Translations under genes and position numbers: made by a program
The notes under the pieces: generated by a model
What the model saw: only the letters and a program-made list of their open reading frames with translations
Databases searched by the model: none
What the model was told of the DNA's origin: nothing
Shown here: positions 1-10,527 of the stretch, one piece after another
Layout: each line of letters starts with the position of its first letter
Position numbering within the stretch: position 1 is the stretch's first letter
From: an uncultured delta proteobacterium
GTDB taxonomy: Bacteria > Desulfobacterota > Binatia > UBA9968
Direction: 5' to 3'
Length of the DNA: 64,000 nt
Assembly: GCA_963804165.1 (NCBI GenBank)
Contig: CAWDPO010000011.1
Location: forward strand, 134,578-198,577

Positions 1-928
1 CAAAGCTTTTCGGAACCGCTGTCGCGGCTTTCGGCGTGCGTGGGGCGATGTCGTCGAGGAGCGTCTTGACGCCCTCGGCGTTCGGATAGGGAACCTCCGG
101 GAACGCGCCGTTGTAGGCGCGGTAAGCGCGTTCCAGGCCCTCCGGATCGTTGGTTTTCAGATTTTTGCCGATCAGCGCCTTGGTCTCTTCCTTGTTGGTC
201 TTGATAAAATGAAGCGCTTCGGTGAAGGCGCGGACGACTTTGGCGACGAACGGGCGCCGCTCCTTGACGGTCTTCTCGCGGGTGACCACGGCGTTGACGT
301 GATAGGGAATCTTGAGCGTGCCGATGTCGATCAAGTCGCGGAAGCCCATCTTCTCGGCCTCGCGCACCAGCGGCTCGCCAAGGAGCGTAAACTGCGTGAT
401 GTTGCGCGACAAGGCGGCGAGACGCTGCGGGTTTTCGCCGGTGGCGATGATTTTGGTGTCTTTTTCTGGATCGATGCCGAAGCGGCGCAGCGCCAGGCGT
501 AACGTCATATCCGAAGTCGTGCCGAGGCGGTTCACGCCGCCGGTTTTGCCCTTTAATTGCTCAACGCTCGTGATGTCGCCGAGCGAAACGATGTGATCGA
601 TGAAAAGCGGCAAGTTCGTAGAGATCATCACCGTATCGGCACCCGCCAGTCGTGAGGTGACTAGAGTGGCAGAGGGAGCGATGATGAAATCGACTTCACC
701 GGTGAGCAGGGCTTGAATAACAATCGTGCTTGCACTGATGGCGATTACTTCGGCGTTCAGGCCATTTTTCTTGAAAAAACCTTTCTGATCGGCGACCCAG
801 ATCGGCGTGTTCGAAGGGGTGCTGCCCGCCCAGGCGATGCGCATGCGCTCCTGGCCAAAGACGGGTTTTGCGAACAACAGCGCAAACGCAAAAAGAACGA
901 CGAGCCGCGATATCGATCTCCGGATCAT
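1..928 (-). CDS. ABC transporter substrate-binding protein (NMT1/SsuA-like), runs off the window start
   Basis: Manual translation from ATG at 928: MIRRSISRLVVLFAFALLFAKPVFGQERMRIAWAGSTPSNTPIWVADQKGFFKKNGLNAEVIAI. It has a signal peptide and the typical W-V-A-x-x-K-G-F-F-x-x-x-G-L motif. Not in the ORF track because the stop lies outside the window. Confidence 0.85.
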   Translation of the reverse strand, partial: MIRRSISRLVVLFAFALLFAKPVFGQERMRIAWAGSTPSNTPIWVADQKGFFKKNGLNAEVIAISASTIVIQALLTGEVDFIIAPSATLVTSRLAGADTVMISTNLPLFIDHIVSLGDITSVEQLKGKTGGVNRLGTTSDMTLRLALRRFGIDPEKDTKIIATGENPQRLAALSRNITQFTLLGEPLVREAEKMGFRDLIDIGTLKIPYHVNAVVTREKTVKERRPFVAKVVRAFTEALHFIKTNKEETKALIGKNLKTNDPEGLERAYRAYNGAFPEVPYPNAEGVKTLLDDIAPRTPKAATAVPKSF

Positions 929-1215
929 CGGAAACTCCCTGCCAGGTGAATCTCAAAAATCCCATACCTGGAACGCGCGGAATATAGGCCCGTGAATCTG
1001 CCGTGTCAATCGGCTTTCCCAACAGCGATGAACGATCTTACGAGTGCAGCTTCTTTCTTCTTTAATAAGTGGAAACTGACGGCGATCGTAGCTATGATCG
1101 CTGGAATTCGGCCGGATTCGTTAAGGTGACCAAAGGCGGACCTATGGGACCGTTGGATTGCCTTCGGCCGCCCGGCATACAAAATTATTTTTTTTGGGGC
1201 GGAAAGCGTTACGTT

Positions 1216-2316
1216 ATGAGCGGTCGCGAATCAAAATATATAATTGTTCTAGCCGCCATCATTGCGCTGCCGCAACTGCTCGCAGCCGCCGATGGCGGCG
1301 GCGAGTGGGCGCGAATCGTCGACGCGGCCAAGAAGGAAGGCAAAGTCGTCATCGGCGCGCCGCCCGGCAGCGATTTTAGAAACGAAGTGCAAGCGATATT
1401 GAAGAAGCGCTTCGATCTCGACAGCGAGTTTATTCAGGCGCCGGGACCGAGTCTGATGAGCAAGATTGTTGCCGAAAAGAAAGCCGCCGTTGCTTCCGTC
1501 GATGTATTTCTTATCGGTCCCTGCACGGGAAATTCATTGCTCAAAGCGGATCTTTTTGAACCGCTGGCGGCGGCAATGATTCTTCCGGAAGTAAAAGACC
1601 CGGCGAGATGGTTCGACGGTCATCTGTGGGCCGACAATCAGACCGGAAAAAATATGCTGTACAGCTTCGTTGCGCAGATAACGCCGTCGGTTTACTACAA
1701 TACAAAATTAGTCAAGCCGCAGGAAGTGCGCAGCTATAACGATCTGCTCGATCCCAAGTGGAAAGGTAAAATCGGTCTTCGAGATCCGCGAGTTCCAGGA
1801 GGTGGACTGGCGATGTGGGCGTTTCTTTTGGACTTGAAGGGCGAGGAGTACATCAAGAAATTGGCGCAGCAGGAAATGTTCGTCAGCCGTAACGCGCGGC
1901 AAATCGCCGACGCGTTGGCAAAAGGGAGTCTGGCGTTGACCGTTGGCGTAGGTTACCGGGACTTCGACGCGTTTTTGGATGCAAACCTGCCCGTCAAACA
2001 TCTGCCGACGCTCAAGGAAGGTACTTACGTCAGCGGCGGCAACGGCATTGTCGGTATCATCAAGGGCGCGCCCCATCCGAGTGCGGCGAGAGTCTTCTTC
2101 AACTGGATACTCAGCCGCGAAGGACAAGAGCTATATGGAAAGACCGTGCAGCAACCGACACGCCGTTTGGACGTCGAAACCAAAGGCCTGGATGGCCAGG
2201 CGGCCAAGGACATCTTGACTGCCGAAGAGTTTAGGCGCTTTCAAAACTTCACGGAAGATAAGTGTAACAACTCTTGGTTCCCGGGAGCGAAGTTGGCTGA
2301 GGCGGTGCTTAAATAG
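1216..2316 (+). CDS. Extracellular solute-binding protein (Fe3+/thiamine/polyamine SBP family)
   Basis: ORF 1069..2316, likely ATG at 1216. Signal peptide, AAKKEGKVV, YNTKLV, DLLDPKWKGKI, APHPSAARVFFNWILSREGQ. Confidence 0.88.
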   Translation: MSGRESKYIIVLAAIIALPQLLAAADGGGEWARIVDAAKKEGKVVIGAPPGSDFRNEVQAILKKRFDLDSEFIQAPGPSLMSKIVAEKKAAVASVDVFLIGPCTGNSLLKADLFEPLAAAMILPEVKDPARWFDGHLWADNQTGKNMLYSFVAQITPSVYYNTKLVKPQEVRSYNDLLDPKWKGKIGLRDPRVPGGGLAMWAFLLDLKGEEYIKKLAQQEMFVSRNARQIADALAKGSLALTVGVGYRDFDAFLDANLPVKHLPTLKEGTYVSGGNGIVGIIKGAPHPSAARVFFNWILSREGQELYGKTVQQPTRRLDVETKGLDGQAAKDILTAEEFRRFQNFTEDKCNNSWFPGAKLAEAVLK

Positions 2317-2402
2317 GACTGGAGCTCGTTCCAGTCGTTCAAATCGTTCAAACCGTTCCAATCGTTGGAAGAATATTCGGTCTCGGAGATCGAGCATTTA
2401 CT

Positions 2403-3167
2403 ATGATCGCTCAGGAAGAAAATAATTTACTGATTCAGACCAACCGTGGCACACCCTGCGGTGAATTGATGCGCCGCTATTGGCAGCTGGCGGCTGTATC
2501 GGACGACTTGAACGCCGATAAGCCCCTGCCGGTGACGATGTTCGGCGAAGAGTTGATTTTGTTTCGCGACGATCAGGGGAATCCCGCGTTGATCGGACGC
2601 TACTGCGCGCACCAGGGTGTGGATATGATCTACGGTCGCGTCGAGCCCGGCGGGATACGCTGCATGTACCATGGTTGGTTGTTCGACAATTGCGGCAAGG
2701 TGGTGGTGCGGGGCGACTGGCTGCCCGGCGGAGAGCAGCGGATGTCGGTGGGACAGCCGGCCTATCCCTGTATCGAAGCCGGCGGCATGATTTTTACTTA
2801 CATGGGACCGGGCGAAGCGCCGGCGCTGCCGGGTTATGAATGTTTCATCAAGCCACCGGCGCGTTCCGCGCTGACGAACGTTCTCAGCGACGAAAATTAC
2901 CTGCAAGGAATTCTCCGCGCTAACGAACCGCCGCTCAACAACGCTAGATTTGTCATGCCGAATCTCGTGGCTTATGTGGGAGCGCCATCGGGCGCAGAAA
3001 GCTGGCTGTGCTGGCATGTGCCGGTCGATGACAACTCCCATGGGCAATTTACCTTTCGATACTTCGGGGAGTCCGCAATTGCAGGTGAGCTGCTGGGTGC
3101 AGCGCATCAGGTCCTGCTCAAAGCGATTGAAGAAAGTCGCACGCAGCAGCAAGTGGCGTCGCCGTGA
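2403..3167 (+). CDS. Rieske 2Fe-2S protein, phthalate-dioxygenase-like N-terminus with shortened catalytic domain
   Basis: GTPCGELMRRYW, Rieske ligands CAH...CMYHGW, WHVPVDD. Only 254 aa. Confidence 0.8.
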   Translation: MIAQEENNLLIQTNRGTPCGELMRRYWQLAAVSDDLNADKPLPVTMFGEELILFRDDQGNPALIGRYCAHQGVDMIYGRVEPGGIRCMYHGWLFDNCGKVVVRGDWLPGGEQRMSVGQPAYPCIEAGGMIFTYMGPGEAPALPGYECFIKPPARSALTNVLSDENYLQGILRANEPPLNNARFVMPNLVAYVGAPSGAESWLCWHVPVDDNSHGQFTFRYFGESAIAGELLGAAHQVLLKAIEESRTQQQVASP

Positions 3168-3191
3168 AAGACCTCTAGTCCACAATCTGCG

Positions 3192-4280
3192 TCAAGCCAG
3201 TAACCGTCCGAGATTGACGATGACTTCCTCGATGTCGTCGAGGGAGTTCCAGCGCGGCGAGCCGCCGAGGTGCGGCGTGACGATCACGTTGGGGAATTTA
3301 ATCAGCGGATCGTTGGCATCTCCCGGTTCTTCATAAAACGTATCTAACCCATATCCGCCCAGCCGTCCTGAAGCCAACGCGCGGCGCAATGTCTCGCGGT
3401 CGACCAGGTTCGGTTGCGAGACATTGATCAAGAACGCTCCGGGCTTGATGATCGAAAGCTCGGGATCACCGATGAAGTTGATTGTCGCCGGACTGCGCGG
3501 CAAGTGCAGGCTAACGAAGTCGGAGCTGCTGAGCAGTTCAGCCAAAGTACAGTAGCTTGCTTGATACTGTTGTTCGACGTTTGCAGGGAGGCGCGTGCGT
3601 TGCGAATAGACGATGCGCATGCCGAGCGCGATCGCGCGGAGCGCCAACTCCCGGCCGATCTCGCCAAGACCGACGATGCCGAGCTGCTTTTGGTAAAGCG
3701 TGACCATTTCCGGGATGCGCGCCCAGTTGCCGTTGGGTGTATGTGAGCGATCGTAGGTTGTCGGTTCGTAACCTGCGGCTTTCAGCTGGTCGATACTGAT
3801 CAGATTGGCGTTGCGCGTGACTTGGCGCGCGAGCGCGAGCATGAGCATCAAGCCTTGCTCGGCGGTGGAGATATTTGCGCGCCGGCGAATCGTGAGTACG
3901 CACACACCGGCGCTGGCGCAGGCGTTGTTGTCGATGTTGCGAGTGGTGACGCCGTACTTTTGCACAAACTTGAGCGCGCTCCCGGCCGTGGCTATTTCTT
4001 CGGCGCCGACAGTCAACTCTTCGACGACGACGACACTCGCGCCGGACACGTTCGCCGACAAATCGGCTTGATCGTCGACAAGATGAACAATCGCCGGATA
4101 GGTATTTCGCGCCTGCGCGCGGATCTTGTCACACCAGCCTTGGAAATCCGGCGTGTCGTGCTTGCAGAAATGCGCGAACGCTTCGAAACGCTCTTTCGGT
4201 GCAGACGGATCGAGAACGACTTGAATCAAGCGGAGGAAACTGTCGTTTTCGACGACGAACTTAATTTTCGGCGGTGGCAT
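3192..4280 (-). CDS. D-isomer-specific 2-hydroxyacid dehydrogenase family protein
   Basis: GIVGLGEIG NAD-binding motif, SDFVSLHLP, LDTFYEEP, NVIVTPHLGG. Confidence 0.88.
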   Translation of the reverse strand: MPPPKIKFVVENDSFLRLIQVVLDPSAPKERFEAFAHFCKHDTPDFQGWCDKIRAQARNTYPAIVHLVDDQADLSANVSGASVVVVEELTVGAEEIATAGSALKFVQKYGVTTRNIDNNACASAGVCVLTIRRRANISTAEQGLMLMLALARQVTRNANLISIDQLKAAGYEPTTYDRSHTPNGNWARIPEMVTLYQKQLGIVGLGEIGRELALRAIALGMRIVYSQRTRLPANVEQQYQASYCTLAELLSSSDFVSLHLPRSPATINFIGDPELSIIKPGAFLINVSQPNLVDRETLRRALASGRLGGYGLDTFYEEPGDANDPLIKFPNVIVTPHLGGSPRWNSLDDIEEVIVNLGRLLA

Positions 4281-4378
4281 GGCTACGAAGCTTCGCGTTC
4301 AATGTTCAACGGTTCAATGTTCAACGTCAGAAAACGGGTCGAGACCCTGACCTTTGAACCTGGAACCTTGAACTTTTG

Positions 4379-4906
4379 TTAGGGTTCCGGATCGACTTTT
4401 AGCGCTTTCAAAAATCTCGTCAGCATATTGTAGGCGCCGATGAGCATCGTGAGCTCTACCGTTTGGCGCTCGCTGAAATGGCTGCGCACTTCGCTGAACA
4501 CGGAGTTCGACACGTCAATCTCGTGCGTCATCGCGTCGGTGTAGGCGAGCAGTGCGCGCTGTTGCGCGCTGAATAAATTCGACGGATGCCAATTCGCCAC
4601 GGCTGCGACTTGCTCGGGAGTAAGACCTTCCTTCAAAGCGTACGCAGGACCGTGCGCGCGCTGCACGTACTCGACGTTGTTTAAAATCGCCACGCGTATC
4701 ACCGCCAGCTCGCGGCTCTGGCCGTCGATCTCGGTGCCGTATCGCACGGTCTGATTCAGATCGAACCAGGCATTGGCGAGCGCCGGACTGTGCAGCATGA
4801 GCCGATAAATGTTGATGAGCCGACCCTGACGAGCGCCCTTGATCTTGGCGATGGAATCCGCCAGCTCGGGATGTTCTGCTTCTTCGATGAGCGGGACACG
4901 CGCCAT
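4379..4906 (-). CDS. Carboxymuconolactone decarboxylase/AhpD-like family protein
   Basis: MLHSPALA, RELAVIRVA, ALLAYTDAMT, HFSERQTVELTMLIGAYNM pattern. Confidence 0.85.
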   Translation of the reverse strand: MARVPLIEEAEHPELADSIAKIKGARQGRLINIYRLMLHSPALANAWFDLNQTVRYGTEIDGQSRELAVIRVAILNNVEYVQRAHGPAYALKEGLTPEQVAAVANWHPSNLFSAQQRALLAYTDAMTHEIDVSNSVFSEVRSHFSERQTVELTMLIGAYNMLTRFLKALKVDPEP

Positions 4907-5048
4907 AAGAATCCTTCGTCTCTATTCTTAGATAACTTAACAACGCGGAAATTTCTATGGATGACACGAATCTGAAGATTTGGGCGCGACGGGTGAAGAC
5001 GTTTGGAGTATACTCGCCCTCGAAGCGAAAATTATTGAGGACGCGATT

Positions 5049-6239
5049 ATGGGGCGAGGAATAGGTTGGAACCGGCGACTGAAGGCCATTGCGGTTGGGC
5101 TCGCTGTTGCCCTTAGCCTCTTGACTGCGCGGCATTGGTACGAGACGTATTCGCTTGGTCATCCAGACTGCGATAACTGCCGTGCCGACTTTCCCGCGCT
5201 TTACGCCGGCGCCAAACTGATGTGGGAAAATCGCAGCGTGCTTTACGACCTCGATCGGCAGCTCACGATCCAAAGGACCATCGATTCTCGTATCGGCGAT
5301 TCAGTTTTGGGTTTTGCTTATCCGCCGTTCACCGCCTTTCTTCTGATGCCCCTCGGCTCGACTTCCTTCCCAAAGGCTTTCTTGATCATGAGTATGGTGA
5401 ACGGATTGCTACTATTCACGGCGCTCAAATTACTCATCGGGCACTTATCTTTGAACAGAGAGCAATCAACATGGCTTCTAGCGACGACATTTTGCAATTT
5501 CGGCGTCCACAGCACGATTCTCCAGGGCCAGACTTCATTCGCGGCTTTGTTGTTGGTTACTCTTTACCTGAGATCGCTTCGCCGTGAAAACGAGGTCAAA
5601 GCGGGGCTGTGGAGCAGCGCCATGAGCTTCAAGCCGCAGTTGTTGACCGTGCCCCTGATTGTCCTAGCGACGCGGCGAAAGTGGTGCGCGCTCATGGTGT
5701 GTGCCGTAGTAATCGCTGGGCTGGTGATTTTCTCGGTGATGTTGGTGGGCCCGAAGGGAATCGCCGACTATATCGAAATATCCCGGCGTTTTAGCAGCCT
5801 GGAAAGCGACCTGGGCACCCATCCGCGGGAGATGCAAAACCTGCGGGCACTGGCGTTTAGTGTCGCCTTGGGGTGGCCGGCGCTTTACGTCTGGGTGACT
5901 CTCAGCGCGGTGATTGTCGTCGCCGTGTTTATACTCAACCGGAAAGCTTATGGCGGAAACGTTGCCGCGGGAATGCAATGGATCGGTAACGTAGTGGCGA
6001 TCCTGCTGCTGTCGCCTCATGTGCACTCTCACGATCTTGCGCTGTTGGTTGTGCCGAACGCTCTGACGTTGAGTCTCTTTGGCGAGTCCATTCCGGCTGC
6101 CGTGTCCATCGGATTAATTCTAGTTGGATTACTTCCACTGTTGTCCTTTGTACTTGTCCATCCGCCGCCCGTCGTCCCTTTGATTCTCTTAGCCGTCTTT
6201 GTTGTGAGCGTGTGGCTTGTCTGGCGTGCCCGCGCATAA
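5049..6239 (+). CDS. Glycosyltransferase family 87 (DUF2029) membrane protein
   Basis: ORF 4980..6239, likely ATG at 5049. DFPALY, FAYPPF, ILQGQ, FKPQ, SPHVHSHD motifs and many TM segments. Confidence 0.82.
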   Translation: MGRGIGWNRRLKAIAVGLAVALSLLTARHWYETYSLGHPDCDNCRADFPALYAGAKLMWENRSVLYDLDRQLTIQRTIDSRIGDSVLGFAYPPFTAFLLMPLGSTSFPKAFLIMSMVNGLLLFTALKLLIGHLSLNREQSTWLLATTFCNFGVHSTILQGQTSFAALLLVTLYLRSLRRENEVKAGLWSSAMSFKPQLLTVPLIVLATRRKWCALMVCAVVIAGLVIFSVMLVGPKGIADYIEISRRFSSLESDLGTHPREMQNLRALAFSVALGWPALYVWVTLSAVIVVAVFILNRKAYGGNVAAGMQWIGNVVAILLLSPHVHSHDLALLVVPNALTLSLFGESIPAAVSIGLILVGLLPLLSFVLVHPPPVVPLILLAVFVVSVWLVWRARA

Positions 6240-6278
6240 CGAGTGAGCGGACCGCAAATCGCGTGTCATAGAAGGCGA

Positions 6279-7747
6279 TTATCCTCGTGGCAACTTTTCC
6301 ATTCGGATCGAATAATCGCGGTTTTGAACGTACACGCTCTTGCGTTCATTTTGTTTGCTCAGCTCGCCGATGAGATTCACCAGCGGATTGCCGTTCTCGT
6401 TGTAGCTGCGCGGTGGGCCCGCGGCGTGCATGCGATCGACATCTTCTTTGCTAGTGAAAAAACGCGACAACACTTCTTCGTCGCTCACGCCTTGCCCGCC
6501 GTATTTGCGCCGCAAGTCTTGTAGGGAATCACTCGGATGGGGCCGCTCGGCGATTTCGTTGGCGCGCGCGCGGTTGAGAATTTTTTCTTTCACGTTGGGG
6601 TCCATGAGCGCGGCGCCTTCCTTGCCCCAGATGCCCATGGCGTATTCAATGGTTTGATCGGTGACTTGCTTGTAGCGCTCGCCGACGATGACATTGATCG
6701 CCGCCTGGCTGCCGACGAACTGCGACAGCGGCGTTACCATGATCGGGTAGCCGAAGTCGGCGCGCACCTGCGCGGCTTCTTCGAGAGTCTGATCCATCTT
6801 GTGTTCCATGCCGACGCGGCGCAGCTGGAATCGCAGGTTGGAAATCATGCCGCCGGGGATCTGATGCACGTACTGGGCGTAGTCATATTCAGGCGTTTTG
6901 CCGATGGGCAGATTTTCCTCTTTGGCGCAAGCCGTGAAGTGCTTGGCTACGCGGCGCAACGGTTCTTCATCGATCCTTGTCTTGTACCCCAACGCGCGCG
7001 CATTCATGGCGACGTTAAAAATCGAGGGATTCGATGAGCCGTCGGCAAGCGGCGGAATCGCCGTATTGATATTCGTCATGCCGGCTTTGATCGCTTCCAG
7101 GCAACAGAGCGTGCCGAGGCCGGTGGTGCAGTGCGTGTGCAATTCCACGATTGTGCGGCCGGCGGCGTTGAGCACGGCCGGCACGAGCGTCTTGGTCCGC
7201 TCGGGCGTCAAGATGCCGCCGGGGTCTTTTAGAATGACGCGGTAGACATCGAGCGCGATCGCTTCGCGGATCTTCGCCGCGAAATACTCGTCGGTGTGAC
7301 GCGGAGAAACCGTATAGATAAGATTGATGATCGGTTGAGGCCGGCGTTCTTTGCCTGTTTGACCCGCCAAGCCCAATCGGCCGGATCATTCCAAGAATCC
7401 GAAATCCTCACTTCGCTTACTCCCGCGTTGGCCATGCAGGTATCGTAAAGCTGATGCAGCGCGGCGGGGTAAATCGCAAAACCGCTGCGCGTGCCGTGGA
7501 TCAACCGCAACGGCGTTTTCTTGAATTTCGGGATGATCAACCGGTAGCGTTCCCAGGGATCTTCGCGCAGCTCTTTGACGCACTTGGGCAGCTCCACCGG
7601 TCCGCCGAGCTCGACGGCTTCGAAGCCCGCGGCATCGATATATTCGACGGTGGGCGCGATCATGCCGGTTCGCATGTTGTAAGCCCATAAACTCTGTTGC
7701 CCGTCGCGCAGAGTGGTATCGACAAAAACAACGTCGGTCATGGTCAT
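6279..7747 (-). CDS. Pyruvate carboxylase subunit B / oxaloacetate decarboxylase alpha-type carboxyltransferase (no biotinyl domain), frameshift near 7335
   Basis: ORF 7229..7747 has DTTLRDGQQS and EDPWER. ORF 6279..7376 has KDPGG, HTHCTTG, HQIPGGMISN and GYPIMVTPLSQFVGSQA. One indel joins them. Confidence 0.85.
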
Positions 7748-7777
7748 GTCCCGGGAGACCCCACAGAGCGAATTAAT

Positions 7778-8238
7778 TTATTCTTCGCGCAGCCAAGTTT
7801 GGCTGCGCCCGAAGAGGGAGAAGCCGATGAAACCGCGCACTTCGAGTTTCTTGCCGCCGTCGGCCAGCTTCATTTTCGCCCGATAAATCTTGCCATTTTC
7901 CGGATCGAGGATTTCCCCGCCTTGATATTCGTCTCCCTGCCTGGTAAGTCCCCACAGAAAAGTCATGCCGAGCACGGGTTGATTCCGCCGGGCGCCGTCG
8001 CACTTGTCGCATTTCGGAGCCGGATCGTCGCCCGGCTTGGGAAAAATCTTTTCTATCCTTCCTTCGTACTGGCCGTTGACTTCTCGTGATGCGCACCAAA
8101 CCTTTCGGCTGGCCGCTTTGATCATCGATGGTCTTCCATAAGCCCGACCGGGGATGGTTCGGCGGCGTGAAGAGAGACGGTGGTGAGCAACAAGATGACG
8201 GCTGACGAAAACCAATTATGATCTCGCAAATACGCCAT
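7778..8238 (-). CDS. DUF2147 family secreted protein, frameshifted near 8100-8140
   Basis: Signal peptide from ATG 8238 (MAYLRDHNWFSSAVILLLTTVSLHAAEPSPVG). C-terminus has CDKC, GGEILDPENGKIY and LEVRGFIGFSLFGRSQTW. Confidence 0.85.
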
Positions 8239-8256
8239 GGTCAGATTAAGTCCTTT

Positions 8257-8391
8257 TTACCAGTTGCAAAAGCGATTTTCGATATGGGTAACGATGCTGA
8301 CGAGGGCGAATCCGAAGAGCGCGAGGAGCACGATGGTGACGAATGCCACGAAAACACTGCCGACCAAGAACCAAAAAATCAATTTGCGCAC
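8257..8391 (-). CDS. Putative 44-aa single-pass membrane protein
   Basis: GTG 8391 to TAA 8257 reads MRKLIFWFLVGSVFVAFVTIVLLALFGFALVSIVTHIENRFCNW. It overlaps the LLM stop and fills the gap to DUF2147. Confidence 0.5.
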   Translation of the reverse strand: MRKLIFWFLVGSVFVAFVTIVLLALFGFALVSIVTHIENRFCNW

Positions 8392-9399
8392 TGAAACTTC
8401 GGAAAGATCTCGTTGGACATCAGCTCCAGGGTCCGGCGCACGTCGGGCATCGGCACGCCGCCGAAGTTGACCATGCAGATCACATGGGTCACGCCGGTTC
8501 TTTCATAGTCTCGGAAGATCGCTTCTGCTTGCGGTGGCGTCGGTGAAAATCACCAAACTTTCTTTCTTTAGCTCGTCGAAGTTGGGAATCTTCGATCCCG
8601 GGCGGCGATGCGTCTTGGTGAATGAGGTGACGCGGTCGAAGTAAGGGCGGCTGAGCGTCACTGCATCTTCCTCATTCTCATGCAGATAGACGTGCAAAGC
8701 GACCATGATCTTTGGCTCGGCCCCGTGGCCGGCTGCGAATGTAATTGTCTTTGTATAAATCGTTCTTCGCTTTCACATCGAGCGAGATTGTTCGAGCGCG
8801 CGAATGGGATACCCATCATCGGCCAGCCCAGTTGGCCGGCTTTGACGAGCGTGTCGTCGCTCGACGCCGCGAGCCAGATCGGCGGCATTGGCCTTTGCAC
8901 CGGTTTCACGTAAAGCGTTGCGTTGTCGTACTGATAATATTTGCCCTTGTGGGAAAATTCCTCTTCCTGCCAGGCTTTTAGGATGACGTCGGTCGCTTCC
9001 CAGAAACGTTTCTTTGGCCTCTTCCATGGTCATGCCGAAGGTCTTGAACTCCACCGGCGAAAAGCCGCTGCCCAGAGCAAATTCGAGGCGTCCGCCGCAG
9101 AGATTGTCAGCGAATGCGTACTCTTCAGCGAGCACGAGCGGATTATGAAAAGACGGAACGGAAACCGCGGGGCCAAGACGGATTTTCTTGGTACGTTGCC
9201 CGAGAGCGGCGATGATCGTCGGCGGCGAAACCAAAGTGCCATACCAGTAGAGATGATGCTCGCCGAGCCAAAACGAATCGAAACCCAATTCCTCGGCCCA
9301 CTCGGCCATGGTCAAAACTTCTTCGTAATATTTCTGATTTGATCGGCCGAGCTCGGGGTGGTTGTCGCCGAAAACAAAGATGCCGAATTTCATATTCAC
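8379..9399 (-). CDS. LLM-class flavin-dependent oxidoreductase, multiple frameshifts
   Basis: AEELGFDSFWLGEHH, GGRLEFALGSG and KPVQRPMPPIWLAASS lie in successive frames. Ends LELMSNEIFPKFQCAN* at 8379. Confidence 0.85.
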
Positions 9400-9514
9400 G
9401 AGACTCCGCTTTTAAGCCGCCAGGGTGGTTTAGGGTCGACCTGTTATTATCCTAAGGCGAAAGAAATTACTATCCGCGGGAGGCGATCGTTCGCAATCGC
9501 GAAAGTCGCTTTGA

Positions 9515-9593
9515 CGTCATTCTGAGCGTTAGCGAAGAATCTCGCATTGTCGTGCACTTACGAAGACGGGTCCTTCGGCTATTGCCTCAGGAT
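9515..9593. repeat. CGTC-tagged palindromic REP-like element
   Basis: CGTCATTCTGAGCGTTAGCGAAGAATCT ... TCCTTCG..CTCAGGAT, an inverted pair in the intergenic gap. Confidence 0.6.
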
Positions 9594-9606
9594 CATTCAG
9601 TCTCGA

Positions 9607-10455
9607 CTACTTAAGCGCGGAGAATACCCATATCGCATTGTTCCGGTTTCGTAGGCCAGCCGAATGCGAAAAACAGTTTTGGCAAAGACCCGGTTGGTGA
9701 AATGGGGATCGAGCAGACGGCGACGCAGCGTCGAGTCGGTGAAAAATCGTGTGATGAGCCGAAGCGCGCAAATCGTCCAGGTCTTTTTTACGCTGCGCGT
9801 CAGATCTAAAAATTTGAGATCGCGAAAGCCGGCGTTGTTTCAGCATCGTTTGAAATTCCGCAGCCGACGCCATGCTCGGCAACCGGCCCTCGACGCAAAT
9901 CGGCTCGAGAAGATGTTTAGACTCCCACGGCGCCGGGCGCTCGCGGGTGAGCCAGGCGGCGATGACGCAACGTCCGCCCGGACGCAAGAGGCGCCGGACT
10001 TCGCTGAATAATTGCGGCTTGTCCAGAAATGCTCTGAGCTCTCGACGGCAATGACCGCGTCGAATGTTTCCGATGGCAGATCATTTTGTAGGGCGTCGCG
10101 GAGCAAAAAATTGACGGCTGGGATTTGCCGCCGCGGCGACTGTGCGTGGCGCGTATTGTTTCGACGAAATCGTAATCCCGGTGACCGCGGCGCCATATTC
10201 GTGGTTCAGCGTCAGCGCCGCGGCGCCATAGCCGCAGCCGATGTCGCAAACCCGATCGCCGGGGCGGATCGCGCCAGCTCGGCGACCAGGCGGGTCAGAT
10301 TCAAAACAGCTTCCTCAACGGATTCCCTTCCCATGATCCAGTAGCCGTGATGAATGCTCGTGCCCCAGACGCTGCGATAAAGATCGTCGAGATCGTCATA
10401 ATGGGCGGCGACGGCGGCGAGGTCGGCGTGTGGCCGGCGTGATCACGGGATTCAT
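9607..10455 (-). CDS. SAM-dependent methyltransferase (tocopherol/sterol methyltransferase-like), multiple frameshifts
   Basis: Fragments across frames: AAHYDDLDDLYRSVWGTSIHHGYW, CDIGCGYG, FDAVIAVESSEH, LRPGGRCVIAAW, ICVEGRLPSM. Confidence 0.8.
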
Positions 10456-10527
10456 CTTACTGCTTGCTCCACACTCCTTACAGAAGGGGTGAGAGACAGG
10501 GCTAAGGAGTAGGGGACACCCAACATT

